Shown here in pieces: positions 36,191-51,500 of a stretch of 64,000 bases of DNA. This DNA is from Fimbriosthenelais zetlandica (taxonomy: Eukaryota). Position 1 is the stretch's first letter. Every line of letters starts with the position of its first letter. The position numbers were made by a program, and so were the translations under genes. The stretch is taken from NCBI GenBank assembly GCA_977030845.1, contig OZ365115.1:31124001-31188000 (forward strand). The letters run 5' to 3'. The notes beneath the pieces were generated by a model. It did no database searches and was not told the DNA's origin. It worked only from the letters and a program-made list of their open reading frames with translations.

Positions 36191-39100
36191 TGTACAGATT
36201 GAAATAAACAAGAGATGATTAAATAATAATTATCTACAATTAATGGTAGACTACGGTAAAACAATACAATTGGCAGAAATAATTGTTTCATTTGTCGTTT
36301 GGTTCCATAAATAATTGTAATTATTTTAAAGAATAATAGTCGCTGGAAATGACTAAGATATATAGCATTCATCTATTACAAAGACCTGTGACAGTGTGCA
36401 AGGGCTGCTGTTGGGGGTATATGGGAGAGAGTGTTCTGGGGGCAGCTGCCTTATTTGCTGATCATTTCTAGGAACATTAGCTGAACATAACCAAAATAGA
36501 TGGCTAGAGTGGCTCTACTAGGAAACGTTCGTTATTATAAAAACACCCATGAGTACCAAGACATACTACATGATTTATTTAGCAGAATTGTGGCCATATG
36601 AGCTACATTTGTGTTAACCTATATGTACAGTGTACATGAGCAAAATTCCTTATGTCTATGCTACATTCATTATAACATTATCCAGATAGTTATTCCACAG
36701 AACATATGGCCTAAGAGACACTGACAAATTCGGCATTCAATTATAAATCCAGAGACGCAAGCCTGTAACTTCAAGCCATAGATTCTGTGATTCAATTTAG
36801 ATATGCTGTCAGAATTGACATCAGTAACGTTCCCATTATTTTCTCTGCCCCCTCACATCACTCACCCCCTCCCACCCATCCCTCCATCACCGGTATTTGA
36901 CTCCTCCATGTCTACTCCCTCTCTCAAGCTCCAGTCTCCGTCCATTTTTTCTTCTATTACATTATGTATATATCAGCAAACACTAAGACAACACTGCTGG
37001 CGCCAAGACTTTTGATACTAGTACAACAGGGAAGCCCGATTGTCATACTGCCTTTCCTTTACTGTAGACTACTTTAACCCATGGCTCTCTCTCCATCTAA
37101 TCCCGCCTGTCTCTATATACTCCACTCACTCTTTTATTGATGGCTTCTGCCATAATACACTTCGTGCTCGAGCATGAGACATACTTTTCAAGTGCCCTAT
37201 CTAGTTTTCTGCTATGCAAACAGTTTTAAAAGTACACTGCAGACAACGGAAGGACATGTTTGATACCAAAAAAGTCATCTTGCAAAAGCCCGAGATATCA
37301 AATATCAAATAGTATTTAGGAACTGAGGTATCAGGCTTCACTGCAGAGTCACTGAGAGCTTGCATGACAATAGTATACTAGACAATGTTGTCCGATTCAA
37401 GAGAGGTTTGTCTGGCTAAGTTGCAAGTTGCATGGATCTTTGCCCAATTTGTGGCTAAATGTTAATACATACGAGATAAATATGTGTCAGCTATGGCAAT
37501 GTTATTACCACTATATGAACACAATGTATATCAAGTATATTATGTATATCAAGTTTAATAAATCTGTCTAGAGGTAAAGAAAAATAAACCCTACATAAAG
37601 CCCAATGATATAATGAGATTATGAGAGAAGCTGAGGCTGAATGTACAGGTAAATGATTTTATATTACGAAGTGAAAACCCCAAGCTGGGATGTGAAACAT
37701 AAAGCAATAGCCCTGCTGGTTATTACAGGTGCAGTATCTATTACAGATAGCTTCTGTTCTATCTTGGGGAAGACCCACGCTGAGATGACGAGAGTAAATA
37801 TCATAAACTTATAACAGCTCACCACGGGAAGCTGTGGGTAATATTAACACTAGATATACTGATGTGGCATAACAAGCCATCAGGCAAATTGATGTGGCAC
37901 ATCTGAAACCATCACCTACAACCATTATCTGATATGAAAGTGGTAGGACATCATATGTAATCTATATATTGAATATGAATTATTATCAATATTCCACAAT
38001 ACATAGAAAAACATTGGACCAAAGAAAATATATTTAATACATAATTATACCTATGTGTTAGATTCGGTTACTTTGCCTAATATTCATATTGGTTACAAAT
38101 GGATGGGAGGCTAACACTAGAACTGGCACCACTCACACCATCACTACCAGCATCACTCCATGACAAAGAGTGGTGCTTAGAATGCCTGGCAGGATAGGGA
38201 CTTGTACAACACTGCCTTTTTCAATAGGCAGTCTGCATACAAATCCTCCAAGGGTTGAGAATAGATGTCTCTGCTCAAGCTGCTCCGAAGTGAATCATTC
38301 ATATTCAAGAGACGAATAGAATTTTTAATTTATTAACAAGGTTTCCTTGAATTCTAGGCGTATAGTATAATATTCACTCCGCTGTTAAATCACCAGTGAT
38401 TGATAGAAGCGATCAATTAAATTACACTATGTTCAGGGAGTCTACCTCCATGCATATTATAGAGAACTTTCTTGAAAATATCTCACCCATACCACAAATG
38501 CATCGCTTGATTCGCAATTTCGCACCCATCATTCATCCACGGCCCAATACTTCATTCATTAAGAGTTAGTTTACTGAACCTATTACTATGACTGGGTGTT
38601 TGTAAATGACCAAATTTCTTCACAGCCTAAAGCCATCAGTTGTAAAATACCTATTTCAGAGCACTATAGCTATTCAAAGTAAATTACACAAAAGGTTTTC
38701 TACAAGCATTGTTCAGTTAGAACTTTAAAAACTTTAAGAGCTCAACCTTGCCTTAAAAGAATATAGCTATGAGGAGAATACTGTTGGTTTTTCTGTTATG
38801 CTCCCTTGAGAGGTCCTGCCAAATTGGTCATACAAGCGTAAGATGACTCGTGCCACCGAATGTAACATTCTACATGGAATATCTTATTTCTGAGGATTGC
38901 CTTTTTCTGTTAAATATGTTGAGGACCGGAAAGGACAAAAACCTCTAACAAGCTTACAAAAGGCTATATGGTAAAGATCGGTAATGTAAAATCAGGTCAC
39001 TAACTTGTAAACATAAGAAATCCCTATAGTTTCTTGAGGCACGAAATAGGGATGGACGATAGACAAATATGTTCTAGCATCTGCAGCGAAAGCTTTGGCT

Positions 39101-42100
39101 CACAAGCTAATCCATGTCTTGAAGAGTCATTACAAGTTTTTATCATTTTCCCTTAGTCTACTTAGCGTAAACAAAGTCTCTTCCCGAGCTGTCTTTGGAG
39201 TAGGTAATTGATTGTGGGGACTCGGGCAAGATTAGTAATTTAGGTGTAATGGGAAGGCTGGAAGGAACAGACCGAGTAATGAAAAGTGGAGTGATAAGAG
39301 TAGGAGACGAACTCATAGCAAACGCTCCAGACATTCCTCCACATATACATGTAGATAAAATTATTGTCATTTATTAGGGGTTAATAATTTAATTCATTAT
39401 ATACTATATAATAAGTCCTCAATTTATTACATAATGCAAGCCCGTAATGGGACGAATACCATGCGCACTGCATGTATGGGATTCCTGGACTCTAGGAAAG
39501 AATGGACATTCATAATAGAACCGAATAGAGCACCAACGTTGTCTTGTATATTGCTACAGGCAGGGGAAATAATGCCTTTTCCTGCACGAGGCAACCACCC
39601 CTGAATATCAGCAATGAGCCGGCCCTCCCTATACTACCCACACCTCATGGACACCCACTGAGACCAACAATTGAGATCTAGGGCCTACCGACTTTTTCTC
39701 TAAGGAAATACCACATAAAAGTCTCCCAACTTGTCTTTATTTTCTCTTATGTCAAATGTAGGTGCTGCTAAGTACTAATCTTATCCTTGCGATATAGCTT
39801 TGGTGAATGATTGCGGAAACACTTCATACGTCCTTTCTTAGAATGGATCCGATAGAAAAACCAACTAAAAATTTACTTTGGCAGCTTTTAATTATACCAG
39901 CTCTATAGATTTCTCTGAGTTTTGTATTTAAAATAAAATTATGTCCCTTTACTTATCAGCTAAAAGACCTGATTATACAGCTGGAAACAGAAAAGACCCG
40001 ACATGCCAAAAGAAATTTAAGGTTCATGAAAGGACTCAGTATATTATATTCACTATACATCCATCTTTGTCATTTCTGGGAGTACCAGGGTCAGTCCGCC
40101 TCTGACACAAACCAGTTATCACGTTGCAGCAGGACCGATATTTTGCCCACCTTCATGGAGACATGAATCTAACCATGATACACCAGGCTTTGTTTCCAGG
40201 GCAACTGGTGCCAGGCGACAATCTGTCTACAGCATCCCTAGACAGGGGGAGACAAAGGAAAGGAAAACTGGCATAAAAAACTGACACCTAAAAAACTAGA
40301 GATTACATAATGGGTCTAGCAGACTGATGACTTTCAATACTGATAACGCTATATTATCATATCTTTTTGACTTTTTAATAACGTTATAATATAACGACTA
40401 AATTGTCAGATCAATGAAGTCTTAGAGTAAAAAGAGTAAGATGTTTATTCTAAGACGAAGCCAACAGATATATCAATTTTGTTGGGAATTTTGTTGGAAG
40501 TTTTTTCCTACATTAGGATAGAAAATCAAGTATGCACATAACTGGACTACAGGATGTACTGGTAACACATAACACCATATAAGGTAAGGTATTGACTTCA
40601 TTGAGAATGAACATTCTAATCTCATCCTAACATACTTCTCGATATTCAATATTATTGATCAAATTATTATATCATTAAATCAGCAAGTCAAATTACAGAC
40701 ACCAACTGGGATCTCATCATCTCCCCTTCTTTCAATTTTAAACTTTTGGGGAATCATTTATCTGGTTTGCTCATCGTCAGTTTAAAGTTTCTGGGAGTGA
40801 GCCAATGCACTCGAACAATCGAATCACAATATGTTTTTGACGACCCAGATAGAGACTTCAAAGCTTTAAAAAGCATCAAACCAGTTGGCCTACTTAAACA
40901 TTTCTCACAGAATGGAATAACATAACTCTAACACCAGGACCCATTCATGTGGAATCGGACATACATGTGCATGGTTTTAAAATAAATCTATACAGCTATT
41001 GCCATACTTATACATCCCTATGTTAATTAATAGTCCATGATATAATGGAATAATTTTCATGGTGAGGGAATAGATATAAAAGCCTCTGATTTTCCCAAAG
41101 CCTATTTTGCAGTATTTCTTCCTCTTCTAGTTGTGAAAATGTAAGTCCTCTCAAAGCCAGTACACATGTTTATAAACGACCAGCCCTAACAAAAAAAGAA
41201 CAAACTAATACAACCACTAGGGAGGGGAAGGCTTGGCCTCTCCCAGACACAACACAAGTGGGGAGAATTTATGTCACTTGAAAGGCGAGTCTTTTCTTTT
41301 TCAAGTGAGGAATGGGGTTGCAAATAAAAAAAAAAAAATATTTCAGTGCCATTATATGGCCAGGCGACTTCCAGGATGTGTGTGGCTGGGCGGCCTACCA
41401 GACGTAGACTTGTACTATTCTCCATGAATTATTCAACACTTGATAAATTCTAAATCCCAGACCAACTCAAGGGCCATAGCTCTAACACCTTCACTATAAT
41501 TCTTTCTGATGTATATGTATAAATTCAAGGAGGGGTATCTAGGGGAATTATCTTGTCATACATGTGCGATTTAATTCGGTTTAAGCCAATATCCTTCATG
41601 AAATTCATGAACATTCAATACCTTTTTACCATTTGGGATTTAGAACGGAAAGGCATTGTGACAGTGACTGAAACAACCAATTATGTTTCAAGTCCGCCCA
41701 GAAAGTCAGAATTTCCATTATGTTTTCTGGAAGACGCTTTTTCAAAGGAATATAAATAGGGCAATGCCAAATGTGCCATTTTACAAAATCCCACGTGACA
41801 GGACTTGAAAAGTATACATGCGAACATCAAGTCACATTTTCTATTGATTTTCAGGGAGGAATCGGGCTGCCAGCCAGTGGGAAGGCGGAGGGAATTGCCC
41901 CTAATGTTACATTTCACCCAAATACAGTTGTCTCCATTTTCACGCCTAATTTCCTTCCAATTTCCGGGTAGGAGACCTGTCGTCATTATAAAAGGAATCC
42001 CGATAAAACAGACAGACATGAAAATGGTTTACTGCAGAATAAAAAACGAGGTCCAGCCAATGCTCCAATTAATTGTAATCAACGAATATTAGAATGTACT

Positions 42101-42499
42101 CGTTGTTGTAATCAAAGGTCACATTTACTATGACATGCTATCTGTGATGCATTCATGTCAAATTTATAACTTGTTTGTCTTGTGAAAATTATTTTTTTCC
42201 ATTGGCTGCCAATCAACCTTTCAAAGCATCCCATTCCTATCCTATGAGATCCATCAAGGGAAAATCCCCCTAATATACAATACTTACATTCTATTTGTGA
42301 AACCCCCAAGGAAAGAATGCTAAGATTTAATTAGAAATGACATAATAAATTCCAGGAATCACAGCAATACGTTGATCCCAACTATCCATATACATTACCC
42401 AGATGTTTATCGTCTGATCTAATGCTAAAAAAATCCCCAACCATGTCAGAGAGTCCTCCAACATATATACACACAATACAGAACATAGATCTATCTGTG

Positions 42500-42558
42500 C
42501 CCGCCCACCATCCAATCATTCCCTGTTTGTCCTTATAAGGTCCCGTTGCCATGACAAT
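42500..42558. promoter_or_regulatory. Motif cluster: GC box, CCAAT, CArG box, X-box-like site
   Basis: CCCGCCC 42500-42506; CCAATCA 42512-42518; CCTTATAAGG 42531-42540; GTTGCCATGACAAT 42545-42558. Confidence 0.35.
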
Positions 42559-45500
42559 ACCAGGCTTCTCTTCCTCAATGTTGGGAAGTATTGGCCACCT
42601 AAAAAAACCCGGTCCTCGCCCCATCTGTTGGCATTATGTATAGAGGTGGTACCCGTGGCCATGTGGTGTTTTGATGATTTTATTTTTATTTTTCTTCAAG
42701 TTTTTCCTTCATTAATTCATAGCACAATGCCTCCATTAGTTGATGAGGGCACCGTGGGATGCCTAGGTGTATGTCATAGTATATGTGTTTTAATATGAAC
42801 TTTATATGTTGCAATCCCCGAGAGACCTTGTTAATGACATATATTTGTCAAAATGAAAAATAAAATAAAATAAAGATTGAAAGAAAGAAACAAAAAAACG
42901 GAAGTCTGATTCATATAGCAGGACATGCCATAGATTCAGAAACCTGAGCCTAACTACAGATAGAAGGATACAAGAAACAGAAGCAAAAATGTTAGAAATA
43001 GGACACTGAATGTGGGAGGAGCAAAATGCGTAGAAAGATCCTGTCTAAATTGCCCAAACCAAATATCAAGTTTCAAGGTTCCCTTTTGGATCACAAGAAA
43101 ATAAGAGTATTTGGAATATAGTTATTCAATAGTGAAATTGATTTTTTGGGGGGAATATAAAATAATAACTGCAACAGATAATGCAAGAGGGTGTCCCTAT
43201 TAAAAATATGAAATTTGAGCCTGTTATCATCATTGGAAGGATTCAGTTTTGCCACAATTTGATTCCATTATGGTTGTCCAGAGATGAGGATCATTTGACA
43301 ACTGACAGTCCAAACGATGCCTGCAAACAAGATATTGATAGCAATCTCCAATGGAACCATTGCCTTTCAAAAACAACCAGCGTGGAAATTTGGTTCTGAT
43401 GTCTGTGAGGCAACACATCATTTTGGTAGGGAGTCTGGCTTCACAGAGGTTCCCGTTTCCTCTTTCTTTATTCCCCTGCCAACACAGTCTGCATCGACTG
43501 TTAACGTGCCTTTAATGCATACTCTGTCCAGAATTAATGGCTTCAAATAACAGGAGGTGGATTGGAGGATCCTTTTTTTCCATGGCCGTAATCTGGTTCT
43601 CTATTGATCCTCAGTATGAGGAAGTGCTGCTGGTAGGCTAGCTTTTCTAACCAGACCAAGCCTTTGTTCATGGAAGGCTCCAGTGCAGTTGGCATGGTTT
43701 ATTTTGTTCATGGGGCTTTCTTATCACTAACAAGTCTCCCCTGTTATGCATTTCTTTGAGGACTTTGTTACTGATTCAATTAAAAGAGCTGTGTCTGGGA
43801 GGTGTCACTGAAAGCTGTGGCAATATAGGGGCAATATCTATTCGCACACAGTAACTATAGTGGGTGAAATATGACCAATTTATTTCATGTAAAACCACAT
43901 GTGGGACAATACAAAGTTCTTTATAGGACACAATGGAGGGGAAATCCATTAATATACATCGATAGCTGATGCTAGAATACATCCATATAATATTGAGAAA
44001 ACATAGCAGTACTTGTATTTAAGATGGATTTAAATTATACAAGACACTAAGCTTCACACAGGGGCAGTAATCTATCACTGCATATCATGTTTTATTAACA
44101 CTACAAGGGCATAAAGAAGCCAGTATTGGCAATATAACATCTTGGATCTATCTGCCTTATACAGTAGAGTATATTGTGGCTCGTGGTACACTGTCTTCAG
44201 TATATTCTAGCGATCAAAGGATAAAAAACCTAATCTACAGGGACAGCTCTCCACAGTCTCTGGAGGCATATTTCTCACATATTCTTTCTCTGCCAAATTG
44301 GACAAGCTTCACACTAAAAACTGAAAGTAAATTGTAAAGTGAAAGGACTGAAATGTTGCGCAAAGAACACAATATATAGAGTGTTCAGAAGGGATAAAAT
44401 CATCCTTAAATCAAAATCCTCGTTCGCTATTGGGAATGGAAAGGAAAGAAGGACAAAAGAAGTAAAAGGAAGTATGAAAGGAAGAATGGGAGAATAATCT
44501 TTCCGGGCACATTTGGGTTGTAGGGAAGATTTAGGGTATTTTGGAGTGGTTGTTTCAATCAAATTGAGCTCCAAACATCCCAACAACATTGATTTGTGTC
44601 ATGAATGTACATGAAGCTTGTGGATTGTGTCGCGGGGTAATCTACCAAGCCATCCAAAGCTATAGGCCCTCCCAGCCCCACACGTTCAATACCATCCAAT
44701 CGAATAGTCAAACAAACCAAGCTTCTAATATTGTTAGCACAGTGACCCCTATATGTAGCAATCCATATAGCTTGGCAATTACATTTGCATCCATATTGTA
44801 CAAATATATATGCATTGTATACATTGTGTATGTACACATGGGCGCCAGGTAGAAATGATGTCAATCTTGGATGAAATTATAAGTAGTTGTATTCAAAACC
44901 AAACAATACTAGAGGAAAATTCCAAGAGCACAAAAGGATTGTATTGCCATAGTAAGGATTTATCTGGGGCGTCTAAGAGCAGTCCCTACATACCACCAGT
45001 TCAATAGCAGTCCTGTACCAACAGTCCTATCAGTAGTTACTTGTGGTCCCAATAGCAGACTGGTGTAAGGGATGCTGACAGAGATACCTGAGGGAACCAT
45101 ACATAATCTTCATGTATGTATACAACTCTCCCCCAGGTTAAATAAGCCTTAAGAGGAGTCAATGGCAACTACAGTATTACATACATGCATGGTTACATCT
45201 CAATGGCACTTATTTATAACACTGCCCTCGAAATGAAAGCATCCAGTTAACTCTTTTCAATATTTTGTTGCCTCAATGATTATTCATTTCCCCCTTCCCC
45301 ACTCCACTTTAGTCCTTGGGTGGACGCCAGGCCAGGTCATTCGCCTCTGGGAGTCTGCAGTGAGGGTCTGCTTATAGTCCAGTCTCCTATAGGCTGGTAT
45401 TTTGTATGCAGGAGAGGCAGCCTACTCTGTGAGTAGTACTGGAAGATGGGACCTTGTTGCTGGCACCCACTTAAGCCTTAACTTTCCACGTTGGAAATAT

Positions 45501-48500
45501 GGAGAAAATGATTCAACTAAGCATGGTAGTAAATTTGAATCCGCTGGTAATGCCAAAATGGTCATTTATCATGTCTTTCACATCATTTAGTGACACTTCA
45601 ATGATCTTATACCAGGACTGACCAAGCGATGGAAATTTACGGCAACGCCCATGCAGTGATTTACAGCAAGAATTCAAGCTAACAAAAATATGTCCCATTC
45701 AATATGAATCAGCCACGGGCAGCCAAGAAGGCCAGGGCAGATATGAGTAATACATCATTGCCATGTCCTAAAATAATGGAGAATTTTCAATGGAAATGGA
45801 CCAGTACTTTATAACTTCCGGAGTTCCCAGATCAGGAAAGACACAAACATCAGACAGTATTAATCAATGCAAGACGCTCATCTTTTTCTTGGGAGAGATA
45901 CCCGGCAGTACGGAGAAAAGACACCAATATTTCATACATATGGCCTCGCAGTTACTGCCTACAGAAGCTTTGCCTACAGCAGACCGAAAGCGGGGCTCCC
46001 TTGTCACCAATACATCAATCTCAAATCGAACTAACTTTCAAGCTGCCGGGGCAACATCAAAATCCTCTCGTAATAACCCTTGAAGAAACGCCATTTGAAA
46101 GGAAAAACTCAGTTATATCCTGATTGGATTGCTTGGTTACGTTTTATAGACTTGAAGGGTTAAAACATTCCGAGGCAATGGGAAGTTTAGAGTTAACATT
46201 GGTACGAAAGAAGTACGATGGTCCATAATCGAATCAGCATAAGGATGGAACTTGTATAGAAAGTAGGGATGGCTCGAATACACCGCACCAACTTCTTGAT
46301 TAGCAAGAACCTATTTGATTATTCTTTCCAGAATTTTCTCCGCGACCTGGACAAATTCTGAATCTCTGATTTGAACAACACTAGTTTCCACCAGTTTTTG
46401 GGTGCAAGGTCTTGTGTTAAGGGACCGGATGGACCCATGAGCGTTGAAAGATCAGAGGAGAGCCATCTCTGAGATCTGCTGGAAAATGTCAAATAATCCC
46501 ATCAAATATTCAGGAGGCTGAAAGATACTGGGCACAACAATGAATGGTGGAAATTCCACATAAAAAAGGTGCCAGGATTGAATTAAAATTCATTGGGATA
46601 TATTGAACAGACCCAGTTAGGCATGGGGGGCATGGACAGGAGTTCGTGGCCTCATACATCAATGCCTGGAACTGGGATGATGTCTTTAGATGTGACAAAT
46701 CACCCCTGGTCATTCGTGGAGGAGATACATGAGCCAGTATTAGAGGGACAATGGGCGAGCTTATACCGCAGACCAACCAGGTGATGGATGTCTCTTCTTT
46801 TATCCTGCAACAAGAAAGACCTGGGTGTTTCAGTACCACTCCCGGAGTCCAGCCCCCTACAGAAAATAACAACTCTCTCAATCAACCTAATCTACGAGAG
46901 CGATGGGCTGTTTCGGGGAAAGTGTCACATCTGTTGCAGAGGTGGTTGGTTGGGAGACCTTTCATATCTGAGTCAGATGGGTTCGTGAGGTGTCTTTTAA
47001 TAAAATAAGGATTTGAATTCCAGATATTCATCTCCCTGTTCAATATTGTAATGAACCCAAGTGTATGTGTAATAATTAGTCATACCATATTGAATTACCT
47101 CAAATTCTATGCCTGTACAGTATATTAAATTGTGTTTTACCTAGTAAAAAAAATTGCAAACCATTCATCATAGGAGCTGGGTGTGGAATGACCTGGATTA
47201 TTGTGCTCCATATTGATGACCTATCAGGCCTGTACTCGTGACATGCTCAACATGCGTGAACGTGTAATTATTTCTGCAAATATAAGCGAATGATGAAGAG
47301 TCCCAGGGCCAATTGACTATGCACACCCTGTCTATATGGGTTTTGTATACGAAACAACAGTCAACTAGAATCCTCGGGAATTCTTATAATTTGTCCAGTA
47401 ACAGTTTCGTATCAGGCAATTGACACTATTTTTCAGATCTCAGACAGAATCTGATAGATTAATCTTGAAAGAATAGTTTTATGGGGGGTTAATTATGTAG
47501 GCAGCCCCCATTAGTATGAGCATCACACGCCCCTTGTCCAGGGGTAACATGGGGACTGGACCTCAGGAGGCCTACTGTCCAGCATACAGCTTTGTTCGGT
47601 GTTAGTGTACAGCATGTACTGTGTACACAGTAGATGCAGATAAGGTCTGACTAGATGGCAAGGGGCGCCATTATGACAGGGGTGTTAAGTGACATGGGGC
47701 TTTGGTTTTACCACACGAAGCTATACCATTCATGGAAATATGGCTGCGTTTAAGCCAGTGTCGTGAATATATTATATTAGGCAGATAAACTGAAGAGTGA
47801 TGGCTCTCGGTTCTATTTGTGCAGTCTTGGGGTATATGTTAATTTCCAGCAGCAATGATTGAGTTGGTTGCTTTGTGTGGCATTTATGGAGCCCGAGCTT
47901 GATTGCTTACTTTATGTGGGTGTGGAAATGAAGGTGGTGCTTCATATACAGTACACCCATATCCGACCACCTCCCTAGGACGACCACTCCGAATAACATG
48001 ACCATGATCTGGCCCTATGGTAGCGTCATGTTAGTGTATCCCATCCCGTAGGAAAGCAAAACAGGGAGACAATGCACACACAGAGTGGCTTTAAATGTTC
48101 GCACGTCCCCTGGGGAAGAGGGGAGAAAGGGTCAAAGTGAAAGGTGGGGATTGTCCTCATCTATTCCTGTCAGCAACCTTTGAGTTCAACATGGACAGGG
48201 GACATTGGTACACGATCAGTGGTAGAAGGTTTAAGGCAGTTGTTTATTCATATGTAATGTCCACTACAAGCCTATCATATTTACAATAGCGTCATATTGG
48301 ATAATAACATGTCATCTATGTATGCTGCTATTACATCTATGCATCTCGTAATATGCCAGATGCCTAGACAACAATATAGGCAATCCCAGTGTATCCTCTA
48401 ATATGTAAGTCATTCATATTAGGGAATCGCATGATGGGTATTTTCAGTTTTAACTTAAACAATCTAATTAGAAAATTCTGACAACATAATTTGAAATGCC

Positions 48501-51500
48501 CCATCTTGTCATAGCATGATGAAAGAAAACCATCCCTGGGGATTAATTTCATCTGAAATTGCAAGGGACATGCACTATTGTCATTACAACATTTCAAGGT
48601 AGGAATTCCCCATGACAGATGAGGCTTTGCATAAGAGGAGGTGGACTTTTGGCTGCTGAAGAGGGCCATTGTCATTAGCAAGAACGTTAGCCATTATACA
48701 TTCACATTATTACAATGGCCCCAAAAAATCTCTGAGCTGATTTAGAGCGACTCTTAGAGCGACTCACTTCTGATTTTGGTTTGTCCAATTGTATTAAATT
48801 CCAACCGAAATGAAAGGATTTCACCATGGCTTGTGAGGGAAAAAAACTTAATTGGATTTCATTAGAAGAACACGGATCAGACGAAGGGCAGGCGTCCTAT
48901 TCTATCAACACAGGCGTTGTACCACGGGTACAGGCAGGGACTAGTTTTCCTGAATTCATCCGCCAATAACCTGTTTATATTGTGAATCATCCACGGAATG
49001 AATTATTAGTGAAACGTTGATTAAAACTAGGATGGAATTCCTGATCGATCAGGTTCATGACGAGGAAAATATTGACAATTAAACAATCAAATTTGCAAAT
49101 GACATCATTCAAATGGCATCACAGTCAATCGTTTAGTAAGAAAAGTGGATCTTTCTCTGCTCGTCATCATGGAATGCTAATTCACATTAGTGAAATATTC
49201 ATGTCAGTAATATCAATTCGGGTGGCATCCCAGAGGCCATCTTCAGAGGATATAAAAGGTGTCTAGGGGGAGTATGTGGTTACAGACCAATAGGCATGAC
49301 TGGATGTGGTTGACAGGCGGTATCATGAGCTGGGGGTATTCCCCCATCACGCCATCAAGTGGTATACCCACAAAATGAAAGCCATCCCTCTAAGGGCGCT
49401 ATATGCTATATCATTTATGGATCCTAAGCATGAAGAGCAAAACATTTCTCCGGGTGAAATGTATAATAGTTATCCCTAAATATAAATATACAATATTGTT
49501 TCCATATCAAATCAGACAGAGGCTAACAACGACATTTTGGAAATTCCCGAGACCTTAATATTCTAGGGGCATTCCGCATGCAGCTGATTACAAATCGGTT
49601 GGGAAATTGGGTTTATGTTGGCCTGCATAAGTAAAGGCTTATAACCTAAGTGTGAAATAGATTTCTCGATACAATTTTGTTCCAAACTCAGATATAGGCC
49701 ACCAAGGATATTTCGACCATTTTGCAGCTGATCGCAAATGGGTTGGACAATTGGCTTAATGCGGGTCTGCCCTATAATCCCATTCCCACTGCTGAAGCTG
49801 ACCAGCGTTCGATTTCACCAGCCTGGCCGACCTAAAGATAGGATTGCCATGGTTACTGATACCATTTTCTGATACCTCCAGCGCCTGGCATTGATTTCAC
49901 CAGGAGGAATGACTTCTTGGTAGGCTGCGGTAAAGAACATGGGACATTAAGGGCCTATGTCCTTTTCCAAGGTTCGAAAGGAGAACTCTTGTTTTTATGG
50001 CCTCGCGGAGGACTTGTTTTTATGGCCTCACCCTACCTTCCCCTATCAACTAAGAAATCCTCTTGCAAAGCTGCATGTAATCTGAATCAAGATGTCTTAT
50101 TAGTTTTTCCCCTTTTAAACATTATTAATATATGAAAGCTGACACCATCTTCATCAAAACGTGTTCTGGGAAAGGCAAAAATGAATTCCAGGCATGCAAT
50201 CGATGCACGTCTTACTTTATTTCCCAACCTGGAGAAGAAGTGTTGCTTGCCACATTTTTTCCAGTAACCCCGCGGGGCCGCTCCATCGCTAGCATCAAGG
50301 GCAATTAGTACACGTTTCAGTCCCCGCTGACAAGCACTAATCATTAGAAACATAATGAGTGCCATATTCATTATTGATCATTCCATCAGGCATGGCAGCA
50401 TTGCTCATAATAAAATACAAGACCACAGCTGATGTATGATAACTGGGTTATAACTGTTCTACTCTGCAATATTGGATGCAGCCAAAGAATGCACGGTACA
50501 TTTTTTTATCGCAAATCTTCAGACAAGAACTTGTTATTGATTTTTAAAGGAATGTATATCGTAATGTTAAAAACACTAAAGGTAACGACTTCAAAGCTTT
50601 CTCGGCATTTGAAAACAGGATTTCACAGAGCATCAGGGGTTTGTGATATTTCCTCAGATATAGTACTACAGTTTTGTCCTTGAAGGACAAAAGGACAGGT
50701 TAAAACAACATGGATGGTTGTAAAGGTAAGAAATACAGCTGAAACACATTATGACAAATGGATCTGGATGCTTGAAAATATTAAGAAAGCTAGAGAGATA
50801 TGGCAATTCTTTGTGGCCAAGATTCATATAGAAAGACCTTTAATATAAAGAACAAAGTTCTGCGTATTAAGACCAAGGAAGCCCTCAATGGAGGTATATC
50901 TTTATAGCTGAGATTGACTGTAAGATCTACAGTAATGGTCTAGTAGCCTGATGGAGGCTAGCATGTCAGCAATCAGTCTATAACTTCCTGGGAGGGAGAA
51001 GTGATTTCTAGGACAGCCTGAGTCTGAAGAAGACCTCTGTGAAGATTGCTATGACCCAGCACGAGTGTAGAGGTCCCTCAAGACTGGAGGCGATCACGTG
51101 CTGCCAGGGTGGCTGTATGTAGGGGCATGCAAGCCCACCACCCGACAACACCAGGCATAGTCAAATGACCTACAACTGTCTATCACCAACAGTTTTCTTT
51201 AAAAGAATGACAAACAATAACAGTGAAAGGGATATCTTTTTGCATAATGTCAAGAAGAATGGGTAAAAACATCAAAATCATCTTATTACTGCAGGACTAA
51301 GACAAATTTTTTTTGTCTTTTGACAGAAGATGATCCCTTGAATACTGGTGAAGGAAGAAGTGTACACCAGAGGCCAGCACTATAGTATGTATCATCCCAG
51401 TCTTGTCTATATGTATAAAATGATAACACTAAACATATCATTTATATTAAAGTATTTTGACACACAAGGGAGTTATATTTCACTATCCAAGTCTCATTCA

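Noticed and set aside
39230-39370. Plus-strand peptide SGVIRVGDELIA resembling part of a PDZ domain
   Set aside because: Short, lacks the rest of the fold, and has no convincing splice sites or neighbouring plus-strand exons.
45790-46083. Walker A-like GVPRSGKT in a 97-aa plus-strand ORF, suggesting a viral helicase or ATPase remnant
   Set aside because: No Walker B or other helicase motif in any of the three frames downstream. A few GxxxxGK[ST] matches are expected by chance in six frames of 64 kb. A tBLASTx hit to viral proteins would reopen it.
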